Part shown: piece after piece, positions 49,839 through 59,782 of the stretch | How positions within the stretch are numbered: position 1 is the first letter of the stretch | Layout of the letters: each line of letters starts with the position of its first letter | Virus record (IMG/VR): IMGVR_UViG_2541047860_000002 | Strand: one strand, 5' to 3' | DNA length: 64,000 nt | Origin: a virus | Taxonomy: Duplodnaviria > Heunggongvirae > Uroviricota > Caudoviricetes | Notes under the pieces: generated by a model | Seen by the model: the letters and a program-made list of their open reading frames with translations, nothing else | The model's database searches: none | What the model was told of the DNA's origin: nothing | Translations under genes and position numbers: made by a program

Positions 49839-50060
49839 ATGCAATCCATTAACTTCCGTACCGCGCGCGGCAACCTTTCTGAAGTGCTCAACAATGTTGA
49901 AGCCGGGGAAGAGGTTGAAATCACCCGCAGAGGCCGTGAGCCAGCAGTAATTGTTAGCAAGGCTACTTTTGAAGCCTACAAAAAAGCGGCGCTGGATGCC
50001 GAATTTGCATCCCTGTTTGACACCCTGGACTCCACCAACAAGGAACTGGTTAACCGATAA
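49839..50060 (+). CDS. phd: Phd antitoxin
   Basis: [49 protein letters not shown] matches P1 Phd as I recall it; ORF track start 49833 trimmed. Confidence 0.9.
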
Positions 50061-50440
50061 TGAGGCATATATCACCGGAAGAACTTATTGCGCTTCATGA
50101 TGCGAATATAAGCCGCTACGGTGGCCTGCCGGGAATGTCAGATCCGGGTAGGGCAGAGGCCATTATCGGGAGAGTTCAGGCCAGAGTTGCCTACGAAGAG
50201 ATCAGCGACCTTTTCGAAGTCTCCGCCACCTACCTGGTGGCTACAGCGAGAGGGCATATATTCAATGATGCCAATAAGCGTACCGCGCTAAACAGTGCGC
50301 TGCTATTTCTACGCCGTAACGGGGTGCAGGTATTTGATTCACCTGAACTGGCAGACCTTACTGTAGGCGCTGCGACTGGCGAGATATCTGTATCTTCTGT
50401 CGCCGACACGTTACGTAGATTGTATGGTTCTGCGGAGTAG
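50060..50440 (+). CDS. doc: Doc toxin (Fic-fold kinase)
   Basis: 126-aa protein directly coupled to phd; [11 protein letters not shown] Fic-like motif. Confidence 0.9.
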
Positions 50441-50445
50441 ATTAA

Positions 50446-50642
50446 TGGCACGTAAATACAACAAGTTGTCCCGTGAAGCGTTAAAGATGCTTCTTGATGG
50501 CGTGAGTCGCCGCGAGGTAAAGCAATACCTGGTTGGTAAGCAAATTGGTGCCAGGACCGCTATTGCTGTGTTATGCCGTCAGGAAATGGTTGTGCTTAAA
50601 CAGAGAATGCTTGGTAGCAGACAAAGTGCTTCCAGTATTTGA
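50446..50642 (+). CDS. Hypothetical small protein
   Basis: ATG at 50446 within ORF 50424..50642. Confidence 0.3.
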
Positions 50643-50646
50643 AAAG

Positions 50647-50673
50647 AAGCCCGCCATACCAAGCGGGCTTTTT
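50647..50673. terminator. Bidirectional terminator between convergent genes
   Basis: AAGCCCGC...GCGGGCTT hairpin followed by TTTTT. Confidence 0.5.
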
Positions 50674-50674
50674 G

Positions 50675-51451
50675 TTATTTCACCTCTTCTGCCGCTGTAT
50701 CATTGGACTGTTCTTCTTTGGCCCGTTCTGCAATCGCCGCACGGCATTTCGCCCTGGCTGTAGCGATTGCTTCTGCTCGCACATCGTCTGGAATCGTTGA
50801 CGTGATATACATATCCAGTTCTTCGGCACGGAATACTGTTTGGTCCAGATATTCGCGTAGCATCCAAGTAAATTCGAAATCACACGCGATAATCTCTGCG
50901 CTACCTTCTGCACCATTTGGGAAATGAATAAATGCCTGTTTAGCCAAACCGATAACACGACATGCGGTTGCCAAAACAGCGACAACCAGGTTTACATTTT
51001 CACACGCTACGGGCTGATTAACGCCGGAGATTACTCCATTTAACTGTCGGTTATATGGAAGGTAGTTTGAGATGCGTTCTACGCGCCATGTGCCAGTCAG
51101 GCTGCCATTCTTAAAGATAATTGGTGTAACGGATAGCCCAAGCTCGCGTATAAGTCGTTGCGCTATAGCAGGATCATTAAACATGTCTAATGCTACACAT
51201 TCGAAAGACTGTGCAAGGGTAAACAGTTCTTCCAGAGAGTAGTCTTTGCCCCTGGCGGTGATGTAACGATGAACGCCGCTTTCTGCATCGCTCCATATAG
51301 CTACGCCATGCTCTTCATTCAGCTCTTCATTAAAGCCGAGATACGTCATGATAGTACGTTCAATCGTGTCAAACGGCAGTGACATGTCGGCGTTAACAGC
51401 CACCAGCAGGCCATTACGCAAGCGGTATTGAATTGCTTTAGTATTTTCCAC
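50675..51451 (-). CDS. Hypothetical protein
   Basis: 258-aa ORF. Confidence 0.4.
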   Translation of the reverse strand: MENTKAIQYRLRNGLLVAVNADMSLPFDTIERTIMTYLGFNEELNEEHGVAIWSDAESGVHRYITARGKDYSLEELFTLAQSFECVALDMFNDPAIAQRLIRELGLSVTPIIFKNGSLTGTWRVERISNYLPYNRQLNGVISGVNQPVACENVNLVVAVLATACRVIGLAKQAFIHFPNGAEGSAEIIACDFEFTWMLREYLDQTVFRAEELDMYITSTIPDDVRAEAIATARAKCRAAIAERAKEEQSNDTAAEEVK

Positions 51452-51457
51452 GTTAAA

Positions 51458-52135
51458 TCACTCCACTACAAACCAGTCACATGCCAGTAAGTCGCCTACA
51501 GAAGGAACCCACGGAACAACTACACCTTGTGCATTTTTTAAGGCGAAATAAGCACCATACGGAACGAGGTCGCCGGGGAAATATCCCTTAATGGCTTCCA
51601 TTCGTGCCGGGTACTGTCCTTCAGGAACCAGCCAGCAGAATTGGTTTTCGCCGTTCCACCCGCGTCGAGCAACTTTCTTGCCATCCTTCAGCCACATCAG
51701 CGCGTCAGAAAAGTCGGCTGCTTCAAGGTCGATTTCTTCTTGCTGGGTGGTGATGCCACCAGCAGAAATAGTTACGCTCCCGGTAAGATTAATCATCACG
51801 CCGTTGTCATCCGTAATGATGACCGTGGTTCCATTTTTGGAGGCGTCGTTAACCAGGCCATAGCGTTCCTCAAATGGTTTCTCCGGGGCATAGAACAGAT
51901 AACCGTTTTCATAAACGATCAGATACCCGCCAGTTTTTGGTCGGTGTTTTTGTAAAAACATTGCGTCAACACAAACTGTTGCCCCTTTTGGTTCAACGAG
52001 TTCGATGCAGCCCCAAAGTGGGGCATCAGTTACTCCGAAAATAACAACATTTTTGATTTTCGATGCACTAACGTTTTTGTGAGCTTTGTATTTGGGAAGG
52101 AACTTAAAAAGCTCTTTCGTTGCCATGTTATTCAT
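51458..52135 (-). CDS. Hypothetical protein
   Basis: 225-aa ORF. Confidence 0.4.
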   Translation of the reverse strand: MNNMATKELFKFLPKYKAHKNVSASKIKNVVIFGVTDAPLWGCIELVEPKGATVCVDAMFLQKHRPKTGGYLIVYENGYLFYAPEKPFEERYGLVNDASKNGTTVIITDDNGVMINLTGSVTISAGGITTQQEEIDLEAADFSDALMWLKDGKKVARRGWNGENQFCWLVPEGQYPARMEAIKGYFPGDLVPYGAYFALKNAQGVVVPWVPSVGDLLACDWFVVE

Positions 52136-52149
52136 AGTCTTTTCTCTGC

Positions 52150-52644
52150 TTATAACTTTTCGTACTGAAGCGGTGAACGCTTAATTTCAAAGTGGCCTTC
52201 CGATGTGCTACCAAAGCCACCAGCACCACGTTCCGTTTCGTTGAGTTCCTCAACCTCGACTAGTGAGACTTGTTCAACTCGTTCAAAAATTCCTTGCATG
52301 ACAGCCATTCCAGGCTTGAGACAAACGCCTTCCCCGCCGGGATCAGTAATCAGTTTTGCCATGATTTCGCCGCGATAATCGGAGTCGATAATTCCTACGC
52401 AGTTAGCCAGGCGAGTATGTTTTTTGCAGCCCAATCCGGATCGCGGATAGAGTTTCAGACACCAGCCGGGCGGGATCTCCATAGCCAGTCCGGTATACAC
52501 CCACCAGCTTGAGGAAATTGCACCATTGCTATCGACGCATGGTTTTATTTCAACAGCCTCAAAATCCATCGCCGCCGATCCGGAGGTGGCATAAGCTGGA
52601 AGTTTTGCTGCCGGATGTAGGCGTTTCACTTTTACGTAAATCAT
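52150..52644 (-). CDS. dut: dUTP pyrophosphatase
   Basis: PRSGLG, GIIDSDYRGE and RGAGGFGSTS dUTPase motifs. Confidence 0.75.
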   Translation of the reverse strand: MIYVKVKRLHPAAKLPAYATSGSAAMDFEAVEIKPCVDSNGAISSSWWVYTGLAMEIPPGWCLKLYPRSGLGCKKHTRLANCVGIIDSDYRGEIMAKLITDPGGEGVCLKPGMAVMQGIFERVEQVSLVEVEELNETERGAGGFGSTSEGHFEIKRSPLQYEKL

Positions 52645-53117
52645 TGTTTTTTAGCTCTCTGCGTGAAGGTGTAAACCCGACGTTTGATATGTGGAACGGT
52701 AGGAACAGGAAGACAGGAACTTTCAATAACTCCTTGCTCCTCCAGCGATCGCACCGCCCGCAAGAACTGCGACGTGTCGCCGCCAAACTGGCGGGCATAG
52801 GTGCTGCCGTTATGAAGTATTTGAGCTATTACCCGAGCTTTTGTCTGGCTGTCACGATATGCGAATAGCCGCACGGCCTCTTCTGGCGCAATCGCTAACT
52901 GATAGCCTTTCCCGGCACGGTGTCGAATGAATCCATGCGCCAGTAGGTTTTTGAGTTCGTTACGAGTGCGAACAGATCCGTAATCCAGGAAGTGTGGATT
53001 GATAACGACTGGCTTAAACCATTCCGTAGGTGCTTTAGCTAATAGAGCTAACAGCTTCCCGGATAATTCTGGATAGGAAGACGGGTAACAATTCAGAGAT
53101 GTGTAATAAGTTTTCAC
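52641..53117 (-). CDS. Hypothetical protein
   Basis: 158-aa ORF. Confidence 0.4.
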   Translation of the reverse strand: MKTYYTSLNCYPSSYPELSGKLLALLAKAPTEWFKPVVINPHFLDYGSVRTRNELKNLLAHGFIRHRAGKGYQLAIAPEEAVRLFAYRDSQTKARVIAQILHNGSTYARQFGGDTSQFLRAVRSLEEQGVIESSCLPVPTVPHIKRRVYTFTQRAKKQ

Positions 53118-53458
53118 CGACGCCCCCTTGCAGGATAGCGACCTGCATTAGTATCCGGTGCAATAAAGCCGGTAGTGGGGCGAGTGAAAGCGAGATTAAT
53201 CTTCTCGACCATAGTGCGATAATTTTCCTGATAGTGGGCCAGGAGTTTTTCGGCGGCAATGATGGTTACTTTCCGGACGTAGCTTTCTGCTTCCTCCAGA
53301 TTTCGCCAGTTTTTTTCGAGGGTAAACACAGGGACGGCCTCAAGCCCGGTCATGATGCCGAACACAACGACAGCATGACTGTTCTTAACACCAGCGGCGA
53401 AGGTTACGGTGTAACCATCCACCTTAAAGCGTCTTGATTCCGTGATTTGACTCTGCAA
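53114..53458 (-). CDS. Hypothetical protein
   Basis: 114-aa ORF. Confidence 0.4.
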   Translation of the reverse strand: MQSQITESRRFKVDGYTVTFAAGVKNSHAVVVFGIMTGLEAVPVFTLEKNWRNLEEAESYVRKVTIIAAEKLLAHYQENYRTMVEKINLAFTRPTTGFIAPDTNAGRYPARGRR

Positions 53459-53515
53459 AGCACCCTCCGAAATAGGCGAGGGTACTTTACAGCAAAGATA
53501 ACAATCTAAAAAGAT

Positions 53516-53534
53516 GTGTTAGAAATTTAATTTA
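53516..53534. promoter_or_regulatory. Operator-like motif TGTGTTAGAAATTTAATTT
   Basis: Lies between the dre stop and the start of the 53458 operon. Confidence 0.4.
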
Positions 53535-54560
53535 TGAATCCATCAGGCGGCTATTAGCCCCCACAGACACGCCGCCACGGCGCAGATACCGCATAAGTGT
53601 TTCCGGTTTCTTCCAGGTTCCTTCCTGCATGATCTCCACCATAGACACCTGCTTTTCTGCCATATCGATAGCAGCCCCGACACGAGCACTATGCCCGGTC
53701 CACGTCCGGTATCTCCCCTTGTTTGGAGTGGCATCTCTTTTATTCAGCAACACCCAGGCGTCACTAAATATTTTCTCCATTGCAGGTGCAGTAAGGGGCG
53801 TTGTCGTAATCCTGGCCTTATTGCTACGGTGTATCGGCGGGAACAGCACCGCGTCAGGATGTTCACGAAGCCCGGAAACATCCAGCCAGTCATTCAGCAC
53901 AGCAGTAGTGCGACGGGAAAGCACCTTATCAAGCCCGGCGGCGGTCGTTATTGTCTTCGTGTGTGAAATATGTAGCGTGACAGTGTCACCTGTTTGGTCC
54001 AGATCTCCTACACGAATACGCGAGATTTCAGACATGCGCATCAGCGTATTGTATGCAACAAAGAGAAAAGCCCGGTTGCGCAGGTCCACCAGCCGTTCTG
54101 ACCTGGACAACAGGACGTCGAGCAGTTTCAGATCGTCCCACCGCAGCGGTATAGCCTGGCCTGTTCGTTCGCCTTTTTCCGTTGCCGCTTCACGCCGGAT
54201 GCGCCGCATAGCCAGAGAAACACTTTTATCATCCGAAAGTGGCGGAAGGCCACAATGCGAAAGCAGCATGTTCAGCATGGCGTAGTGCTTATCAATGGTG
54301 GTCGAAGCCAGATCAGCATCATGCAGCTGAAGAAAATACTCGCGGGCCATCTCTGGAGAGATCGGGAACCAGGCGAGCTGGCGAGCGTGACACCATCTCG
54401 CCCAGGAGTGAAACACTAACCGGAGATCGCGCAAAGTATTAGGCGCGTAAGCCCCCTGGTCATTCATGAACCGCATAAAGTTTTCTGCGGCCTCCTGGTA
54501 CTCTTTGCCAATGTTGCGCAGAAAACCACTGGAGCTGCCAGAGATAATTAATTCACTCAT
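53532..54560 (-). CDS. dre: Cre-family tyrosine site-specific recombinase (Dre-type)
   Basis: 342-aa protein alignable with P1 Cre along its length (MRRIRRE.., AFLFVAYNTLMRMSEISRIRVGD, HSARVGAAIDMA, C-terminal Tyr); rox-type site 150 bp upstream. Confidence 0.9.
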   Translation of the reverse strand: MSELIISGSSSGFLRNIGKEYQEAAENFMRFMNDQGAYAPNTLRDLRLVFHSWARWCHARQLAWFPISPEMAREYFLQLHDADLASTTIDKHYAMLNMLLSHCGLPPLSDDKSVSLAMRRIRREAATEKGERTGQAIPLRWDDLKLLDVLLSRSERLVDLRNRAFLFVAYNTLMRMSEISRIRVGDLDQTGDTVTLHISHTKTITTAAGLDKVLSRRTTAVLNDWLDVSGLREHPDAVLFPPIHRSNKARITTTPLTAPAMEKIFSDAWVLLNKRDATPNKGRYRTWTGHSARVGAAIDMAEKQVSMVEIMQEGTWKKPETLMRYLRRGGVSVGANSRLMDS

Positions 54561-54712
54561 GAAACTATTTAACCTCTATATACAGATGACGCTACGCGAA
54601 AAATATAAAAATGACAGGGTAGCTATAAGTTAATTTTCAAGATTCAAACCTTTGATTCGAGGCACGTATTTTCAGTGATGTCAACACTGATCATCCACCC
54701 ATGATTATAGCT

Positions 54713-54744
54713 TAACTTTAAATAATGCCAATTATTTAAAGTTA
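54713..54744. other. rox-type recombination site (14-bp inverted repeats, 4-bp spacer)
   Basis: TAACTTTAAATAAT-GCCA-ATTATTTAAAGTTA, perfect palindrome arms; identical to the rox site of phage D6 Dre as I remember it. Confidence 0.85.
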
Positions 54745-54924
54745 TAAAGTGCCAATTTTTTTTAATCCATCATAGATTGATGATGACCAGTAACACGTTG
54801 CCTTCATGGTCTTTAATTTGCGAAGTGTGGTTTCTACGGTTGGTTTTCTAAAATTGATGACAAAAAATCACAGTTCGATCCTTTACTCACTCTGTTATTC
54901 GACATAAATTTGTCATAGTAATTT

Positions 54925-54942
54925 TATGTTAGAAAACTAAAT
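54925..54942 (+). promoter_or_regulatory. Operator-like motif TATGTTAGAAAACTAAAT
   Basis: 13 bp upstream of ATG 54955. Confidence 0.4.
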
Positions 54943-54954
54943 CGAGTAGGAATA

Positions 54955-55992
54955 ATGAGTAAGAAGTCGATCGAGAAAGAGTACAAACGGTTCCTGCAAA
55001 CCGCTGAACGGTGGAAAGAGCTGGTGGTCGCAAACTCTGTTTTCCATGATACCAGTTATGCTGGCGAGGAATTCCGCCATGTTGCATTAACGCATGACCA
55101 AAACATATTAGAAGAAGCTGAAAAATGTCTTGCTGAATGGAAAGCCTTCGTTGACATGTGCCGCGATTCCGACGGCAAAGCGTCGAACATTGTTGAGTCT
55201 GTATATTCTCCGATCCCATTCATCATTGAGGACACCAATCAAAGCACGCATGTTGTTGTGCAAAGCGCTACAACAACACGTACATTTACACGTGAACAAT
55301 TGCTCAAAAAATACGACAAAATCATAAAGAAAAGCCTGAAAAATAGGGTTTTTTCTCAAATCGTAGGCGCTCTTGAAGAAGAACAGCGCTTCTTTGAAGC
55401 TGAGCCTGAAGGCGAGATCTACCGGGCGCGTAAAGAGGCATATACAGATGTTGTGCTGACAACAAATATCGAAGGCAGCAATGCCCTTTCTCGCTTTAGA
55501 GTTGGCGCACATGGCGCATTGGTTTTCGCAAGACTACCGAAGACAACGATCCCCGTTGTCAATAATGTTGGTGAACGCCGGAGCATTACAATTTATTCTG
55601 GCGTCGAATCGGTACCTTGCAGCCTTCTCGGCGATTTTAACTTATATCGTGTTCGTGACCTGGAAAAACACCAGCCAAGCTACGTTGCGAAGTCGTACAT
55701 CTTAAGGAACATCGATATTCGCAATGAAAGCCTTAAGCAGAAATCCGCTAAGATGCTGGAGGATGCCGATCCGGCTATTCGCCATATCATTGAGCGTAAG
55801 ATACGTACATCACGTGAAGCAATGGCAAGGCTGGATAAAATGGATCTGGAATTGTTAGACGTAATGATGGCCTCTGGAGACGACCTGACCGGCATTAAAC
55901 TGAATGAAGCTCGTAAAAAATACGGCAAAGCAATCGAAGAACGTTACGGATACACATTCCCCCAAACGCAGTACGCCGCGAAGCTCTGGTAA
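54955..55992 (+). CDS. Hypothetical protein at the immunity-locus position (between rox and pacB)
   Basis: 345-aa ORF; no recognisable family; operator-like motif in its leader. Confidence 0.45.
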   Translation: MSKKSIEKEYKRFLQTAERWKELVVANSVFHDTSYAGEEFRHVALTHDQNILEEAEKCLAEWKAFVDMCRDSDGKASNIVESVYSPIPFIIEDTNQSTHVVVQSATTTRTFTREQLLKKYDKIIKKSLKNRVFSQIVGALEEEQRFFEAEPEGEIYRARKEAYTDVVLTTNIEGSNALSRFRVGAHGALVFARLPKTTIPVVNNVGERRSITIYSGVESVPCSLLGDFNLYRVRDLEKHQPSYVAKSYILRNIDIRNESLKQKSAKMLEDADPAIRHIIERKIRTSREAMARLDKMDLELLDVMMASGDDLTGIKLNEARKKYGKAIEERYGYTFPQTQYAAKLW

Positions 55993-56019
55993 TCACAACC
56001 GGCCCCGCATCGCGGGGCT

Positions 56020-57528
56020 TTATATATCCAGATCAGGCATTTCGATATCCGCCAGAACCTGATCTCGGAAAGTTGCCATTTCGGCACCAATATCTTCATT
56101 AGCAGGCACATAGTCCACCAGCATAGTGAAGCAGTAGGTATCCCATCGGTCAGGCGATTTGATGTTTAGCTTTTGCCGCATGTGCTCTTTGCGCATCATC
56201 GCCATTTTCCCTTCTTCATTCAGTAAAAAGGGGATTTTTGACGCTTGCTCTGCCGTTTTAGGGTCACTGTCTATCCGCATACGCCCTGACTTTATGGCAT
56301 CACGCGCCATAATATTTGCGTAGGCACGCTGATTAACAAATCGCTCCCTGTCTTTGTTCGCAAACATGGGTTTTCCCCACCGAATACGTACCGGGTTCGC
56401 ACCACGACGCACCAACTGCGCACACGTATCAGAACCAAAACCATCAGCATCAACCGCGATTGTTATATTCGGGTATTTTTCCGGCGTACATTCGTTATAT
56501 ATGAAGTCAGCAAAGGCCAATGGGTCCATAGTGCCAGGCATCTCCATTACCTTAAAGTTAACAACGCGACGCTTATCCCTGTGACCAGATACCTTGCAGA
56601 TGTTGAGGACCGACTTATCTCGCCCATTACCAACGTCAGCCGTTGCCACCCATCCCCAGTTTTTCTCCAACAACACCTTGCGGCGAGCAGCGCGATCGCA
56701 TTCATCACGACCAAGCAAATAGCCGTTAATTTCTCGTGGGAACTGACCAAGCACCTTGACCATGTACTCAATAGAATCGCGCCCGCCATATTCCAGAAGC
56801 TTCTGCTTGATGAATTGTGGTGTGACGAACGGTGATTCTTCCGAGTTAAGAACAATTGCTGTCCAGATCCCTTTCGGGTTGTCTGGGGTTTTTGCTTGAG
56901 AATGGTGCGAATCGTAGAAATAACCACTTGGCCTTGTTGGCTGGGATAGCATCAACATCCGGTTATCTTCTTCAGTAAGAGCACCGGTCATTACGCCGAT
57001 CGCCTTATCAGATATACCAGATGCTTCGTCCAGAATTAGAAGCAAATGTGCCGCGTGTTCCCCCGCCAGCGCTTCTTCGTTGCCGAGTCGATAACCTTTG
57101 CAGAGAACTTCCCAAATCCCCTTACGGGAGCGCTCATAAAACATGGTGTCAGAGAGGACAAAATAGGTCTGCAACCACCCATGACGCTTAACTGCATTCG
57201 CCCAATACTGTTTAACGTATTTGAATACGCCTGTTTTTACCTGGCCTATCTTGTTAGCAACAATGATGACACGGGCATCGGGGAACAGGATCATAAAAAT
57301 CAACAGCAACATCGCGGTAAGGGACGACTTCCCCGTTCCGTGTCCGGACGTGACGGTCGTCCTACTCCCCGTTTCCTGCACTGACTGAATGATCTGCTGC
57401 TGCTGGTGGGAGGGGAACATCCCAAAAATATCGACAACAGCCTGGGTAAAGTTGTAGCGGTATTTGATTACCATATCGCGCCAGCGTGGATCGCTGGTGA
57501 CGCATTTAATCTTGCGCCCGCCAGCCAT
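56020..57528 (-). CDS. pacB: Terminase large subunit (PacB-like)
   Basis: Walker A GHGTGKS near N-terminus, ~500 aa, directly downstream of and coupled to pacA. Confidence 0.75.
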   Translation of the reverse strand: MAGGRKIKCVTSDPRWRDMVIKYRYNFTQAVVDIFGMFPSHQQQQIIQSVQETGSRTTVTSGHGTGKSSLTAMLLLIFMILFPDARVIIVANKIGQVKTGVFKYVKQYWANAVKRHGWLQTYFVLSDTMFYERSRKGIWEVLCKGYRLGNEEALAGEHAAHLLLILDEASGISDKAIGVMTGALTEEDNRMLMLSQPTRPSGYFYDSHHSQAKTPDNPKGIWTAIVLNSEESPFVTPQFIKQKLLEYGGRDSIEYMVKVLGQFPREINGYLLGRDECDRAARRKVLLEKNWGWVATADVGNGRDKSVLNICKVSGHRDKRRVVNFKVMEMPGTMDPLAFADFIYNECTPEKYPNITIAVDADGFGSDTCAQLVRRGANPVRIRWGKPMFANKDRERFVNQRAYANIMARDAIKSGRMRIDSDPKTAEQASKIPFLLNEEGKMAMMRKEHMRQKLNIKSPDRWDTYCFTMLVDYVPANEDIGAEMATFRDQVLADIEMPDLDI

Positions 57529-58892
57529 TAATCATCCTCCGGCGGTTCTATCGCGATATCATCATCTCCGGCGTCATACCCTGCATCAGATGCATCATAA
57601 TCACCGTAAATTTCAGCCGTTGCCGAAGGGTCAATATCCAGCTCTTCGTCGTTGGCCTCGAATTCTCCAGCTTTACGCTCGCCATTGCGGTCGTAATCTC
57701 CGCACCCCAATTCTTCAACAATGGTTGCCACATCCGCCCGGCGCTCTGCCAGCCATTGCGGATGGTTAGCCTGAAGCGTTGCAAACTCCCTTGCCTCTTT
57801 GTCCAGCTGTTCATCATCAACATCATTGACGTCAGAAACAGGTGGTTCGAGAAGAGTGATAGCTTTCGCCGCGCGCGCCGCGAGGATAGCCGGGACGCTG
57901 ACCCCCTGGCGCTCGATGTATTCAGCAACACCGATATCATCCAGTTCCTCGCGCTCACGCATACGTATAGCGGCGGCGATAACTCTGGCAGCGCGTGCGT
58001 CAGCGCCAATGCGATATTCAATCTCTTTGCCACGCTGTTCGGCCTGTAGGCGTGCTAATTCGAGTTTTTCTCTGGCCTCAGCCTCTTTGAATGCTTGCTG
58101 GCGAGCGCTCTGACGAAGCTTTTCATCCCCCTGTCGCAGCTTTTGTTCGGACTGATATATAGCTGCCAACCTACTGATAAAATCATTCATGTAGTAGGCC
58201 GCGTCACTGATTAGACCGAGAAGGCGCTGCCCAGGGTGCATTCCTTCTGGCTCTTTATCGCCCAAGGCGTCTATTTCCGCCTGTAGACGTTCGGCCTCCT
58301 GATCAACAATGCTTTGATACTGAAGTGCGCGCTCTTGCGCCATTTGAATTGCTAACCGCAGGTGTTCTTCTGCGCCGTTCTTCATCATGTCGCGAGCCAC
58401 ATTCGTAGTGGGCAATGTGGCACGTTGCACAGCACCGCCAGGGATCATTGCTGAAGATCCCTCAATTTTTGGGGCGCTTTTATCTTCTTCGGGGATCATT
58501 TTCGCCATTTTTTCGCGCAATGATCTCCTGACAGATTCTTTTATCTCATTGTTATTATTTGCATTATTTTCATGATCCGAAGTTTTCTTTCTCGGCATAC
58601 TTCGGAAAGAACCTGCGCCCTGCGAATTGTCAATTTCTGTAAATTTTGTTTTTTCTGCACCCTCTTCCAGCTTTTTTGTTGCTCTTCCCGCCCGTTTTTT
58701 TTCAGGTGATTTGGTGCTTTTTTTTGTTGTCTTTACCTGCGACCGCACCTCATTTTTTTTCATATTGAGATGCTTTCTGGCTGTATTGAAGCTAAGGCCA
58801 TGCTCCTCACAGTATTCCTTTACAGTGATCCCTTTTTCTTCACGCAACGCTATAAAGCGGGCGCGGTGCTCCTCCCAATTAACCAGACTCAT
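57528..58892 (-). CDS. pacA: Terminase small / pac-recognition subunit (PacA-like)
   Basis: 454-aa protein with N-terminal HTH-like region and very acidic C-terminus; contains GATC cluster. Confidence 0.6.
   Translation of the reverse strand: MSLVNWEEHRARFIALREEKGITVKEYCEEHGLSFNTARKHLNMKKNEVRSQVKTTKKSTKSPEKKRAGRATKKLEEGAEKTKFTEIDNSQGAGSFRSMPRKKTSDHENNANNNNEIKESVRRSLREKMAKMIPEEDKSAPKIEGSSAMIPGGAVQRATLPTTNVARDMMKNGAEEHLRLAIQMAQERALQYQSIVDQEAERLQAEIDALGDKEPEGMHPGQRLLGLISDAAYYMNDFISRLAAIYQSEQKLRQGDEKLRQSARQQAFKEAEAREKLELARLQAEQRGKEIEYRIGADARAARVIAAAIRMREREELDDIGVAEYIERQGVSVPAILAARAAKAITLLEPPVSDVNDVDDEQLDKEAREFATLQANHPQWLAERRADVATIVEELGCGDYDRNGERKAGEFEANDEELDIDPSATAEIYGDYDASDAGYDAGDDDIAIEPPEDD
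58443..58577. other. Candidate pac site: cluster of five GATC (Dam) sites inside pacA
   Basis: GATC at 58443, 58456, 58494, 58522, 58574, three as ATGATCC elements; ~10x over expectation. Confidence 0.35.
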
Positions 58893-59281
58893 AAAGCAAC
58901 ACCACGCTTTTTAACGGCGGCATTCCACAGCTTATTCGCCATGTCCACCAGCTCTCGTTGCTCTTTTCGCGCCTGTTCGACTGATTTCCTGCTACAGTTT
59001 TTAACCAGTAAGCTACCGTATTCAGGCGTGCGCCCGCGCACCTTGAACTGATATCCGTTCAGACCATGTAGCCAGTATTTTCGTGGATACACACGATCAT
59101 CCAGCTCACAGATTGCCCTGCTTGAACGAACAAAATGACGAATGATGTTAGTTACACTTACTCGTGAAACATGGAGATGAGGGTATTTTTCTTTGGCGAG
59201 AGTGGTAATTTCAGTGACTGTCAGATAGCAGTCAGCCCTGATCATGATATCCGCAATTTCTGCGCTGCTGATTTGTTCCAT
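58889..59281 (-). CDS. Hypothetical protein upstream of pacA (late-activator position)
   Basis: 130-aa ORF overlapping pacA start. Confidence 0.35.
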   Translation of the reverse strand: MEQISSAEIADIMIRADCYLTVTEITTLAKEKYPHLHVSRVSVTNIIRHFVRSSRAICELDDRVYPRKYWLHGLNGYQFKVRGRTPEYGSLLVKNCSRKSVEQARKEQRELVDMANKLWNAAVKKRGVAL

Positions 59282-59389
59282 TAATCCCCCGGGCAGGAAA
59301 TGACCGAGGGGATGATAATGAGAATGTTAAAACTGTATAGACTGGTAAAAAGATGATTATATTAGAAAATTAATATTAAATACCTAACG

Positions 59390-59782
59390 CTACCAGCGAG
59401 ACAAACGAACAACATGTTTCACTTTTGCGATCCACTTTCCGCGATAACTATTGATTACGGCCTGTGCCAGCTTCAAATTGGCTTCAAAATCAGCCTTACT
59501 ACCATCAGACTCCACCAGCATTCCTCCATCTATTTCTGGTAAACATAGATAATCCTGCTCAACCTGCAGCGGCATTGATGGCTCTCTGAATGGCGTTACT
59601 TGCTCTGCTTTCCAGCGAAATCTAACCCTCATCCCCCTGGTGGTCATTACTAGATAGCCTGTTATAGTGCTTTTATGGCCCACATCAGTACGCGTGGCAT
59701 TGCATGACACGATCTTACAGTTAGCGATAGACCACTCCATATTGGTGGCCTGTTGAGTGCTTAATTTGGTAGTCCCGTACAT
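59390..59782 (-). CDS. Hypothetical protein
   Basis: 130-aa ORF. Confidence 0.35.
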   Translation of the reverse strand: MYGTTKLSTQQATNMEWSIANCKIVSCNATRTDVGHKSTITGYLVMTTRGMRVRFRWKAEQVTPFREPSMPLQVEQDYLCLPEIDGGMLVESDGSKADFEANLKLAQAVINSYRGKWIAKVKHVVRLSRW

